Origin: Candidatus Eiseniibacteriota bacterium
GTDB lineage: Bacteria; Eisenbacteria; RBG-16-71-46; CAVPCR01
Direction of reading: 5' to 3'
NCBI GenBank assembly: GCA_963823555.1
Contig: CAWGMA010000001.1
Span: 1,088,001 to 1,152,000 of the forward strand
Length of the DNA stretch: 64,000 nt
The notes under the pieces are model-generated. The model saw only the letters and a list, made by a program, of their open reading frames with translations, made no database searches and was not told where the DNA came from. Within the stretch, counting starts at the first letter, position 1. Each line of letters opens with the position of its first letter. Made by a program: the position numbers and the translations under genes. Shown here piece by piece: positions 19,935-30,000 of this stretch.

Positions 19935-21389
19935 ATGGCCCAGGCATCGGTTCGAGTCCTCATCATTGGCGCAGGGGTCGCCGGTCGCGAAGCCGCCGCC
20001 GAGATGCACGAGCATCCCGAGTTCGGCTACGTGCCGGTGGCCTTTGTCGATGACGACGCGACGAAGCTCGGCAGCGAGGTCGCGGGCCTCAAGGTCCTCG
20101 GCACGCGCCATGACATCTCGCGCCTGGTGACCGAACTCGCGATCGACGAGATCCTGATCGCCGTGCCCTCGGAGACCGGCGAGACCATCCGCGCCCTGGT
20201 TCGCGCCTGCGAGCAAGCGAAGGTCGACTTCAAGATCGTGCCCGGGATTCGCGAGATCATCCTCGGCGAAGTCACGATCGACCGCATCCGGCGCGTGACT
20301 CCGGAGGATCTCCTCGGACGCGAGACCGTGGACCTGGCTCCTGCGGTGGCGGCCGAGACCACCCTCGCCGGTCGCACCGTGCTGGTCACCGGCGCCGGGG
20401 GCTCGATCGGCGCCGAGCTCTGCCGCCAGGTTCTCGCTGCCGGGCCGCGCCGGCTCGTCCTCCTGGGGCGGGGCGAGAACTCGATCTTCGAGATCGAGGC
20501 CGAGCTCCAGGCCGAGAGGGGATCAGCCGAGCTGAGGCCGGTCGTCGCCGACGTCCGGGACCGTCGGTCGCTCGATGTGGCGCTCGGTGAGCACCGGCCC
20601 GAGGTCGTCTTCCACGCCGCTGCGCACAAGCACGTCCATTACATGGAGCGCTTCCCCGAAGAAGCGGTTCTGCGCAACGTCGTCGGTACCGCCAATCTGA
20701 TCGCGGCGGCGCGCGGTGCCGGTTGCGAGCGCTTGGTCGTCATCTCGACCGACAAGGCCGCCGAGCCGCGGAGCGTGATGGGCGCGACGAAGCGTCTGGC
20801 CGAGGAGATGGTGCGCGCGGTGGGGGCGGAGGACCGGCCACGGCTCACCGCTGTGAGGTTCGGCAACGTGCTCGGCAGCCGCGGCTCGGTGGTGCCGCTC
20901 TTCAAGCGGCAGATCGCCCGGGGTGGTCCGGTCACCGTCTCCGATCCCGAGGCCACGCGCTACTTCATGACGGTGCGTGAAGCCGCCGCGCTCGTCATCC
21001 AGGCGGCCGCTCTCGGCCATTCCGGTGAGGTCTATGTCCTCGACATGGGACAGCCGATTCGCATCCTCGACCTGGCCCACGAACTCATCATCTTCTCCGG
21101 CTTCAGGCCCGATATCGATATCCCCATCGTCATCACCGGGCTGCGCCCCGGCGAGCGCCGGCACGAGCGATTGTGGGCCGATGACGAGATCCTCAGCCCG
21201 ACGCCCCTCCCCAAGATCAAGCTGGTGCGGAGCCATACGCCTCCCCGCGCAGACCTCACGGCCATCGTGGGCGAGCTGGAGGCGGCTGCGGTGCGGTGTG
21301 ATCGGCCGCGCGTGCGGGAGCTCCTGGAGCGGGCCGTCCCCAGCTTCCGGTCAGAGCCGGCGCCGGCGGAAAGCCGCGGTGAGCCGTGA
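19935..21389 (+). CDS. CapD/PglF/WbpM-like UDP-sugar 4,6-dehydratase lacking the N-terminal TM domain
   Basis: VLIIGAGVAG, EDLLGRE, VTGAGGSIGAELCRQ, HAAAHKHV, ISTDKA, VMGATKR, RFGNVLGSRGSVVPLF, RYFMT, GLRPGE. Confidence 0.9.
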   Translation: MAQASVRVLIIGAGVAGREAAAEMHEHPEFGYVPVAFVDDDATKLGSEVAGLKVLGTRHDISRLVTELAIDEILIAVPSETGETIRALVRACEQAKVDFKIVPGIREIILGEVTIDRIRRVTPEDLLGRETVDLAPAVAAETTLAGRTVLVTGAGGSIGAELCRQVLAAGPRRLVLLGRGENSIFEIEAELQAERGSAELRPVVADVRDRRSLDVALGEHRPEVVFHAAAHKHVHYMERFPEEAVLRNVVGTANLIAAARGAGCERLVVISTDKAAEPRSVMGATKRLAEEMVRAVGAEDRPRLTAVRFGNVLGSRGSVVPLFKRQIARGGPVTVSDPEATRYFMTVREAAALVIQAAALGHSGEVYVLDMGQPIRILDLAHELIIFSGFRPDIDIPIVITGLRPGERRHERLWADDEILSPTPLPKIKLVRSHTPPRADLTAIVGELEAAAVRCDRPRVRELLERAVPSFRSEPAPAESRGEP

Positions 21390-21441
21390 GATCTGAGGTC
21401 CCTCACCCTTGCGGGCGCGCGCTTCGGCGCGAGGGCGAGCC

Positions 21442-22427
21442 GTGAAGGTCATCCACGATGTCTCGGCAGCCGAGTGGTGGGCCTGGGTCGAGAAGGCAGG
21501 AGATGCCAATTTCTTCCAGACCCCGCTCTGGGCCCAGGTCCTCGTCGAAGCGTTCCCCGACTTCCGTGTCGACACCCGCTTCTATGAGCTGAGTGACGGC
21601 ACCCGGACCCTGGTGCCCCTCATGCGCCGGAGCCGCTTCGGCGGCGCCATGGCCACGCTCGAGTCGATGCCCTTCGGTACCTATGGCGCGTTCCTCGCCG
21701 AGCGCGCTCTCGACCGCGAGGAAGTGCTGGCCATTCTCGCCGATCTCAGGCGATCGCGGCCGGCGGTCGCCCGGCTCATGATCACGCCCAATCCGCTCGG
21801 GCGCTTCCCGCTTCCCGAGGATACGTTCGAGGAACAGAACTTCGTGCACTTCCTCCGACTCGACGAAGGCTACGACCGGATCTGGCGTTTGCGATTCTCG
21901 CGCGGACTTCGCTACTCGGTTCGCAAGTCCCACCGCCGCGGCGTCCGCGCCGGGATCGAGCAAGGCGAGCCAGTGTATCTCGAGTTCTGCCGCCTCTACC
22001 ACGAGACGGCACGGACCTGGGAGCGGAAGCCGCCGTTTGGTGAGCGCTTCTTCTCCGCTGTCTCCCGGCTCGAGCCCGAGCATGCCCAGCTCTGGGTGGC
22101 GCGGCTCGAAGGGCGCATGATCGCCGGGTGCGTGATCTTCACGCTATGGCCAGCACCAGACCCCGTATGTCGGCGGTTTCGATCGGGACTTCCGCGGCTA
22201 CGATCCCAACAACCTCATGTATGCCGAGGCCATGAAGTGGGGTGCGCGCCAGGGCTACAGCTACTTCAACTTCCTGTCCTCGGCCGGCATCAAGGGCGTC
22301 GAGCATTTCAAGTCGTCGTTCGGGACACAGCGCCTGTTCTTCAATTACTACTTGTACGAGAATCCACTGCTCCGGATCTTCAGAGCACAATCCTGTGCGT
22401 GCCTTGTTCCAGCACTCGGATGGGTGA
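21442..22427 (+). CDS. FemAB-like / GNAT acyltransferase (apparent frameshifts near 22141 and 22382)
   Basis: FFQTPLWA, SMPFGTYG, RYSVRKS.RRGV, PPFGERFF; after the shift YDPNNLMYAEAMKW..GYSYFNF..GVEHFKSSFG; best-coding tail EHNPVRALFQHSDG* ends at 22427. Confidence 0.72.
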
Positions 22428-22432
22428 CGATC

Positions 22433-23507
22433 GTGCGCCTCGCTCTGCTCGCCAACGCCTCGGTCATCCACACTCGCCGGTGGGCTGATTGGTTCCACGC
22501 CCGCGGGCATGCTGGTGGAGCTCATATCGCTGGAGCCGGCCGGCGGTTTCGCCTATCCATGTCATGTCCTGCGCTCACGCTTGCCGTGGCGGTTTCTCCG
22601 CTATCCGTTCCTGACTCCGCGTGTGAGGCGGCTCCTGGCTCGGTTCCGGCCGGAGATCGTCAACGCTCATTTCGTGCCCAACTACGGGCTCGTCGGCGCG
22701 CTGGCGGGGTTCCGCCCCCTGGTCGTGAGCGTGTGGGGTTCGGACGTGCTCGTCTCCGGCGTGGCGTCCCCGTTGCACTCCGCCCGCGTGCGCTTCGTCT
22801 TCGATCGCGCCGACCTGGTCACGACCGATGCGGCGATGTTGACGCGGGCCGCGATCGCTCTCGGCGCCCCGCCGGGGCGCATGCTGACCGTGCCGATGGG
22901 GGTCGAGCCGGATCGTTACCGCGCAGCGCGAGAAGCGGTCCATCGCGCTGAACCGCTCGTGGTCTCGACGCGGAAGCTCGAGCCCATCTACAACCTGGGC
23001 CTCCTGGTGGCGGCGATCCCGGCGCTCCTTGCCGCCCATCCCGCAGCCCGCCTCGAAATTGCCGGAGACGGTCCCGAGCGGAGCGCGCTGGAGATGCGGG
23101 CGCGTGCCGCCGGTGGTGAGCGCGTCGCGTTCCTGGGCATGATCCCGCACGCGACGATGGCCGAGCTCCTGGGACGGGCGGCGGTCTACGTCTCGACCTC
23201 GCTCTCCGATTCGACGTCGGTCTCGCTGCTCGAGGCGATGGCTGCCGGCGCGTTCCCGGTGGTGACCGATATCGAAGCCAATCGCGAGTGGATCGAGGAC
23301 GGAGTGAATGGGTTCCTGGTACCGTTGGATGAGCCCGAGGTTCTCGCCGCGAGAATCGCCATCGCCCTGGCCGATCCCGAGCTCCGCGCCCGGGCCGCGA
23401 TCGAGAACGCGCGACGGATCGATGAGGAAGCGACCTGGGACCGGAACATGGCCAAGGTCGAGAGCGCCTTCGCGGCGCTTGCCGCCAGGGGGAAGGGGGA
23501 GCGATGA
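22433..23507 (+). CDS. GT4 glycosyltransferase (apparent frameshift near 22512)
   Basis: GTG-RLALLANASVIHTRRWADWFHARGH, then in the other frame VELISL, NAHFVPNYG, SVWGSDV, STRKLEPIYN, SDSTSVSLLEAMAAG. Confidence 0.8.
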
Positions 23508-24967
23508 GAACCGGTTGCGGTCCGGCCCCGGAAGCGGAACCGGCTCCGCAGGCGGTCCCCATGCCCGATCGGGTCCGGCGAGAGCCCGGGTCGGAGCGCA
23601 CCCTACTGGCCGTGGCCTACTTCTTTCCCCCGCTCGGTGGCGGGGGCGTGCAGCGGACGGTGAAGTTCATCAAGTACTTGCGCCCGCTGGGCTGGCGAAC
23701 CGAGGTCGTCACGGTGCGGGCCGCCGATTACTGGGTCCTCGATCCGGGACTCGCTGCCGACGTCCCTCCCGATACGGTCATTCACCGCACGCGGGCCCTG
23801 ACAGGACTGGGGCTCATGAGCTCGGTGCGCCGGCTCTTGCCCTCCGGTGCGAAGGCGGGAGAGGGGATCGGCCCCGGTTCGGCCGCTGAACCGGGCGGAC
23901 GCAAGCCCGCTGCGGCCGTGCGCTCGAGCGGCACCTTCCGTCGCCTGCGCCAGCTCGCGAGCTTCTTCTTGATCCCGGATGCCTATGCCGGCTGGTTCCC
24001 GTTCGCCCTCGATGCCGCCGCGAAGCGTCTGGCCGCCGGCGGCATCGATGTGCTCTTCACGACCTCGTCACCGGATACCTCCCATCTCGTCGGGCTCGTG
24101 CTGCGCGAGCGCCACCCGGTGCCCTGGGTGGCCGACTTCCGCGATCCCTGGGTGCGCCGCCTGACGTTTGCCGCACCGACTCGAGCCCACGAGAGGCTTC
24201 ATCACTGGCTCGAACGGCGGGTTCTCGAAAGGGCCGATCGCGTGATCGTGACCAATGACGAGACCCGCGATGATTTCCTGCGGCGCCATCCGATGATTCC
24301 ATTCACCCGCTTCGCCGTGATCCCCAATGGATATGACCCGGAAGATCTCGCGGCGCCCGGGCTGTCGTCGCCGCGCCCGGCGCCGGGACCGGCAACCGAT
24401 GATCGCCCCCTCGTTCTGGTCCATACCGGCCTCTTGTCGGGACGGCGCACGATGGCCCCGTTGCTGGCGGGGATCGAACGTCTCCTTGCCATTCGCCCCG
24501 AGCTGCGTCCCCGGCTCTGCGTGCGCCAGGTGGGACCGCGCGAGAGCGTGAACGACGAGCTCGTTCTGGCCTCCGGTCTCAAGGAGATCGTGACGTTCAT
24601 GCCCCCGGTGGATCACCGCCAGGTCCTCGCCGAGATGGTCGCGGCGGATGCCCTCCTCCTGCTCGAGGCCGATGAGCCCAAGGGAAGCCTCATCACTCCC
24701 GGCAAGATCTTCGAGTACCTGGCCAGCGGTCGTCCCCTCCTGGCCCTGGTCCCGGAAGGACCCGCTGCAACGCTCGTGCGGGCCGCCGGTGGGGGAGAGG
24801 TGGTCCCGCCCGGCGCCAGCGGCCCCATCGCCGAGGTCCTCGCCCGCTGGCTCGATCACGGGCCTCCGATCTCCCCCTCGCGCACGGCGCTGCTTGCCGG
24901 CTACGCAAGGCCGGTCCTTGCCGCCCGGCTGGCCACACTGCTCGACTCGGTGAGGCGGGAGGGCTAG
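23504..24967 (+). CDS. GT4-like glycosyltransferase
   Basis: AYFFPPLGGGGVQRTVKFIKYL, IPDAYAGW, WVADFRDPW, IPNGYD, PGKIFEYLASGRP; the start may be 23561. Confidence 0.85.
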   Translation: MRTGCGPAPEAEPAPQAVPMPDRVRREPGSERTLLAVAYFFPPLGGGGVQRTVKFIKYLRPLGWRTEVVTVRAADYWVLDPGLAADVPPDTVIHRTRALTGLGLMSSVRRLLPSGAKAGEGIGPGSAAEPGGRKPAAAVRSSGTFRRLRQLASFFLIPDAYAGWFPFALDAAAKRLAAGGIDVLFTTSSPDTSHLVGLVLRERHPVPWVADFRDPWVRRLTFAAPTRAHERLHHWLERRVLERADRVIVTNDETRDDFLRRHPMIPFTRFAVIPNGYDPEDLAAPGLSSPRPAPGPATDDRPLVLVHTGLLSGRRTMAPLLAGIERLLAIRPELRPRLCVRQVGPRESVNDELVLASGLKEIVTFMPPVDHRQVLAEMVAADALLLLEADEPKGSLITPGKIFEYLASGRPLLALVPEGPAATLVRAAGGGEVVPPGASGPIAEVLARWLDHGPPISPSRTALLAGYARPVLAARLATLLDSVRREG

Positions 24968-24990
24968 AGTGCGTCCAGAGGGATCCCATC

Positions 24991-26115
24991 ATGCGCATCG
25001 GGTTCATGCTCCGCAACCTGCGGGAGCAGGGCGGGATCAAGGTCTATACGATCAACGTGCTCGGGGAGCTGCTCGCTCTCCGGGCCCGTCACGAGTATTT
25101 CTTCCTCTATGATCACCCCGATCTTCTGGGATCCTATGCTGGCCGGCCGGGGGTCACCGAGGTCCTCGTCCGCTTCCCGACCAAGCTAGGCTGGGACCAG
25201 ATCGCCGTGCCGTGGATGGCGCGCCGGCTCGACCTCGATCTCATCGTCAATCCCAAGCTCTCGGTGCCGGTCCTCTCCGGGCGGCCGACGGTGTTCACGC
25301 TCCATGGCGCCGAGCAGTTCGCCGTCCCCGAGCTCTTCGGGCGTCTCGATCACCTCTATACATCGGTCATGATGCCGATCTACTGCCGGCGGGCCGCGGC
25401 CATCATCTCGACGACGCACATGGGTGTCGATGACATCGTGCGCTACGTCGGGGCTGATCGCCGAAAGCTCCACCCCGTGCACGAGGCGGCACACGTCCGG
25501 TTCCGTCGCCTCCCATCCGAGGCTCTGCCGCCGATCAAGGAGCGATACGGTCTGCCCGATCGCTTCATTCTCTTCGTCGGAGGCTTGAGTCCCCTCAAGA
25601 ACTTCTCCAACTTGCTCAATGCGTTCCACCTCATCCGTTCCGAGATCCCGCACCATCTCGTCGACGTGGGTTTCCTGCGCTGGAAGTACGAGCATGACGT
25701 TCATCTCATCGACGAGCTCGGGCTGGGCGATCGTGTGCTGCGAACCGGCTTCGTGCCGGACGAGGATCTTCCGGCGATCTACAATCTGGCGGATCTCCTC
25801 GTCCTGCCCTCGCTCTACGAGGGGTTCGGGATTCCGGTGCTCGAGGCCATGGCATCAGGATGCCCGGTGCTGACGTCGAAGACGGGGTGCACTCCTGAAG
25901 TGGCGGGAGACGCCGCGGTGCTCGTCGATCCCTACCGGCCACATGAGATCGCCGAGGGCATCCACCGCTTGCTCACCGACCAGGCGTTGCGCTCCGAGCT
26001 CATTGCTCGCGGCTATGTCCAGGCCGCCCGCTTCAGCTGGGCGAAGGCAGCGCGTGAATCGCTCGCGGTCTACGAGCTTGCCGCCCAGGCACGCGCAAGC
26101 AAATCCCGGACATGA
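24991..26115 (+). CDS. GT4 glycosyltransferase (MtfB/WbaZ-like)
   Basis: GGIKVY, LFVGGLSPLKN, PSLYEGFGIPVLEAMASGCPV, FSWAKAA. Confidence 0.88.
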   Translation: MRIGFMLRNLREQGGIKVYTINVLGELLALRARHEYFFLYDHPDLLGSYAGRPGVTEVLVRFPTKLGWDQIAVPWMARRLDLDLIVNPKLSVPVLSGRPTVFTLHGAEQFAVPELFGRLDHLYTSVMMPIYCRRAAAIISTTHMGVDDIVRYVGADRRKLHPVHEAAHVRFRRLPSEALPPIKERYGLPDRFILFVGGLSPLKNFSNLLNAFHLIRSEIPHHLVDVGFLRWKYEHDVHLIDELGLGDRVLRTGFVPDEDLPAIYNLADLLVLPSLYEGFGIPVLEAMASGCPVLTSKTGCTPEVAGDAAVLVDPYRPHEIAEGIHRLLTDQALRSELIARGYVQAARFSWAKAARESLAVYELAAQARASKSRT

Positions 26116-27053
26116 ACCCCCAGTCGCCGGGAAGGCGCCGGCTCGCGCTCTATGCACGCATCGTGTTGAGCGCGGTCGCGCTCTTCCTCGTTCTGCGCGT
26201 GATCAGCGGGCGCGAGGTCCTGGCCGCGCTGGCCGGGGCGCGCCCGGTCTGGCTGGTCCTGGCCGGCCTCATCGTGGTGCTCGACCGCATCCTGATGGGA
26301 TGGAAGTGGGGCATCCTGCTCGCCGCCCAGGGTGTGGTGCGTCCACTCGGCGAGCTCGTGCGCGCCTACTTCATCTCGACCTTCTACGGGACCTTCCTTC
26401 CCACCGGGATCGGTGGCGACGTGATCCGCGTGGTCCAGGTCTCGCATGGCCGCGCCGCGGCGATGGCGGTGACCGCCTCGGTCGTGATGGAGCGGGCGCT
26501 GGGTCTCGTTGCCCTCACCGTGCTCGTCGTGCTCACGGCGGCGACCTACATCGTCGTGGCCCACGCCCATCTGATCCCGCTGCTCACCATGGCCGTCGCC
26601 CTGACGGTCGTGGGCGTGGGCGGCCTGGCCTATGCGCTCCATGGCCCCTTGCTCAAGGGTCTGCCCGGTCGCCTGGAGCGCTTCGTGACCGCTTTCCGCG
26701 TCTATGCCGGGCAGCGGGGAGCATTGACCCGCTTCTTCTGGTGGTCCTTCGTCGAGCAGCTGGTGCCCGTGGTGGCGGTCTACTGCCAGGCCAGAGCCCT
26801 GAGCATCGACTTGAGCTTCTGGGTCTTCCTGGTGGTCGTGCCGCTCGACATGTTCATCACGCGGATCCCGATCTCGGTGGATGCGATCGGGATCCGCGAG
26901 GGCCTCTACGTCGCGCTCTTCGGCCAGGCCGGACTGGGGCCGAGCGAGGCTTTCCTGCTCGCCCTGGTCGGGCGCGCCGTGACCTTGCTTGGCCTCCTGC
27001 CCGGAGCCTTCCTCCGGGCCCGATCCGGTGGTGAGGACCTGGCCTCAGCGTAG
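26112..27053 (+). CDS. Lysylphosphatidylglycerol-synthase TM domain protein (UPF0104/AglD-like putative flippase)
   Basis: FLPTGIGGDVIR, SVVMERALG, IPISVDAIGIRE; about 8 TM helices. Confidence 0.8.
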   Translation: MNPQSPGRRRLALYARIVLSAVALFLVLRVISGREVLAALAGARPVWLVLAGLIVVLDRILMGWKWGILLAAQGVVRPLGELVRAYFISTFYGTFLPTGIGGDVIRVVQVSHGRAAAMAVTASVVMERALGLVALTVLVVLTAATYIVVAHAHLIPLLTMAVALTVVGVGGLAYALHGPLLKGLPGRLERFVTAFRVYAGQRGALTRFFWWSFVEQLVPVVAVYCQARALSIDLSFWVFLVVVPLDMFITRIPISVDAIGIREGLYVALFGQAGLGPSEAFLLALVGRAVTLLGLLPGAFLRARSGGEDLASA

Positions 27054-30000
27054 GAGGAGGAGCTTCCGGCTCGTCTGGAAGTCCCCGACGACGAGGCGAG
27101 CGAAGTAGACCCCGGAGCTCGCGCGTTCCCCTCCGGCCGTCCGCCCATCCCAGGTGGCGATGTGGCTGCCGGCGGCGAGCGGGCCCCGCAGGACCTCGCT
27201 CACGCGGCGACCGCTGGCATCGAAGATCAGGAGCTCGACCGTAGCCGGAGCTGGCAGGTCGAAGCGGATCGATGCTGGCGGGGTTGCGGGGTTCGGTGCC
27301 ACGGGATGGAGCGCGAGGACGAGTCCGGGCGCGGAAGCCATGACCGGGCCGTAGCGCTCGCTCGATCCATCCAGCCCCACGGCCTCGATCCAGTAGCGGT
27401 AGCTCTGGCTCGGTGTCACCGCGCGATCGGTGAACGTGTACGGACTGCGTCCGGTGACCAGGGCATCGGCAGCCGTGAGGCGCACGAGGGATCCCGCCGC
27501 GTCCTCGGCGCGCCAGACATGGAACCCGAGGTGGTCGCGCTCGTACGAGGTGGCCCATTCGATGACGATGGCGCCAGGCTCGGTGCGTGCGCTCAGGCTC
27601 GAGAGCTCCACGGGCGAGAAGGTCGTCGTCCGGAAGCGGTGCCAGCCGTTCTCGTTGAAGCTCGAGTTGGGACCATCGGTCGCCCGGACCCGCCACACGT
27701 AATCTGTCGCCAGCGCGAGGGGGGTCGGCCAGGCGGCCGTGGTGTCGGTGAGGGCGGCCACCGAGTCGGCGGTCGCGAACGAGGAATCGGTCCCGACGTA
27801 CACGGTGTAGCGCAGGCCGGGTTCGCCGGCGGCGCGCCAGCGGAACGTCGGTGCAACGGCGACCCCCGTATCCTGGTGGGCGGGCACGAGAAGCGCAAAC
27901 GAGGTCGGGGGCGGTCCGAAGTTGAAGGCGGTCATGGTGAAATCGTCGAGGCTGTTGGCATACCCACCGCGCAACGCCACGCCCGCGTAGAGTACGGTGC
28001 CGTTGCCCTGGCGGCGGTTGGGATCGGACAGTCGCGAGTGGAACACGCCGTCGACGGAGATATCGAAGTGGTGTCCCGCGGCGTCACTCGACAAGGCGAC
28101 CTTGAAGCGCTTGCCCGGGCCCGGCGGATCCGTTTGCCCCGCGGCGTCGGCCAGGGGGGAAGTCGCGTTGCCGTTGTTGATCTGGGCTAGCTGGCTCCGG
28201 TTGGTCACCGGATCGATATAGACGAAGTAGCCGCTGGGGTTGCCGGTGGTGTTGTTGAGGCGGAGCGCGAGACCACCGCGCCGGATCCCATCCAAGTTGG
28301 CCGACGGGCTCCAGGTGAACTCGACGGCATCGGGGTTGGAGCGTGCGGCGTAGACGGCGATGTCGAAGGTCGAGCCGTTCGCCGTGTTCTTGAGTTCATT
28401 GCTCACGATCTTGATGACGTTGGTGTCACCTGACCAGTTGGGGCCGAGCTCGGCCCGGTTGAAGTCGTCGATGAAGGTGAGGATCGGAGCGAACTGGAAG
28501 GACCAGGTCTGGATCGAGGGTGCCGTGGCTCCGGCGCCGTCGGTCACGACCACGCGCCAGTAGATCGGTTCCCCGGAAACGAGGTTCCCCGAATAGGTGG
28601 TCTCGGTGCTCGTGGTCGGCGGCAGGCTGTCGGGCGAGGCGAAGCCGGGATCGGTGTCGTAGATCACGGTGTAGGAGAGCTGGTCGCCCGGATTCGGGTC
28701 GTTCGCGGCTTCCCAGCGCAAGAGTGGCGACAGCGAGTAGATGAGCGAGCCGTCGGCGGGCTCCAGGAGAGCGAACGGCTCGGGCGGCAGGTTCAGGTTC
28801 GCGCCCATGGCGGCGAAGGACTCGACGTTGTTGGCCGCGTTCTCGCCGAGCAGCAGTCCCGAGTAGGTGGCCGGGGCCAGGCCGTAGCGGCGCTGGGAGT
28901 CGGTCATGCGCGCATCGAATACACCGTTCACGTAGCAATCGAAGATGTGCGCGCTCGCCGTCTTCGTGAACACGACCCGGATCACGTCCCCCGGTCCGGG
29001 TAGCGGGCCGCGGCCCGGCTGATCGATGCCGAGGGAGCCGGACAGGACACCATTGACGACCGCGAACACGCCCCAGCGCTGCGCTCCGATCGAATTACGG
29101 AAGACGAAATAGCCGTTGGCCGTGGCGGTGTTGGCGTCGAGGCCAATGAGGCCTCCGGCCTGGCCCAGGGCCACCGGGTCGGCCGTCTCGCTCCACTGCC
29201 ATTCGATCGACACCGGGTTCTCGGCCAGCCGGTAGGTGGCGATGTTCGAGTAGCCGGGCTCGAGGCCGTCGAGCTCGCCGTTGCTCAGGGCATAGGCGCC
29301 TGGAGTCACGGTCCAGTTGGGCCCGATGGCGGTGCGTTCGAAGTCATCCCCCAGCTGCTGGATGTTCCCGGTCGAGAAGCTGCGCGTGGTCGTCGAGTAG
29401 GTGAAGGCGCCCTGCGGGTCCTCCGCCCTCACCTTCCAGTAGAAGGTCCGGTTGGGCAGGATCGGCTCGCCCTGGGCGAAGAAGCTCTCGGTGAGATCCG
29501 CAACGGTGGTGGTCGTGCTGGGGGAGAACCCGGGGTCGGTCGAGTAGTAGAGCGTGTAGGTGATCGGGTCCCCGTTGGGGTCGAGGGAGTTCTGCCAGTC
29601 GAAGTACGGGTTCAGGTTGGCCAGGGTGATGCCGTTCGCAGGGGCCAGCAGATCGAACGGGGACGGCGGGAGGTTGACCGGGTTGGTTTCGACCTGCCAG
29701 TTCGCCACGTTGTTGTTGAGCTGGCCGTCGCCGATCACGCCGCACCAGTAGGTCCCGTTGCCGCGCCGCTTCTGGGGGTCCGTGACCACGGCGTCCGGCT
29801 GGCCGTTGATGAAGGCGGAGAAGTGGTGGCCGGTGGCATCGGTGGTGAGCACGACCTTGAAGCGGTCGCCCGCCTGCGGACCCGCGGCGGCGCCCGGGCT
29901 CGTGGCGATGAGCGCTCCGGGCTGACCGTTCACGACCTCGCGCAGGACCACGGTCTGATCGGTGGGCTCGGTGTTGCGGTACACGATGTAGCCGTCGGCG

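Noticed and set aside
22217..22951. Apparent GNAT-GT4 fusion ORF
   Set aside because: The linker has atypical A/T-ending codons, while the alternative frame gives a normal tail and a stop 5 nt before the GT4 GTG. Better explained by indels.
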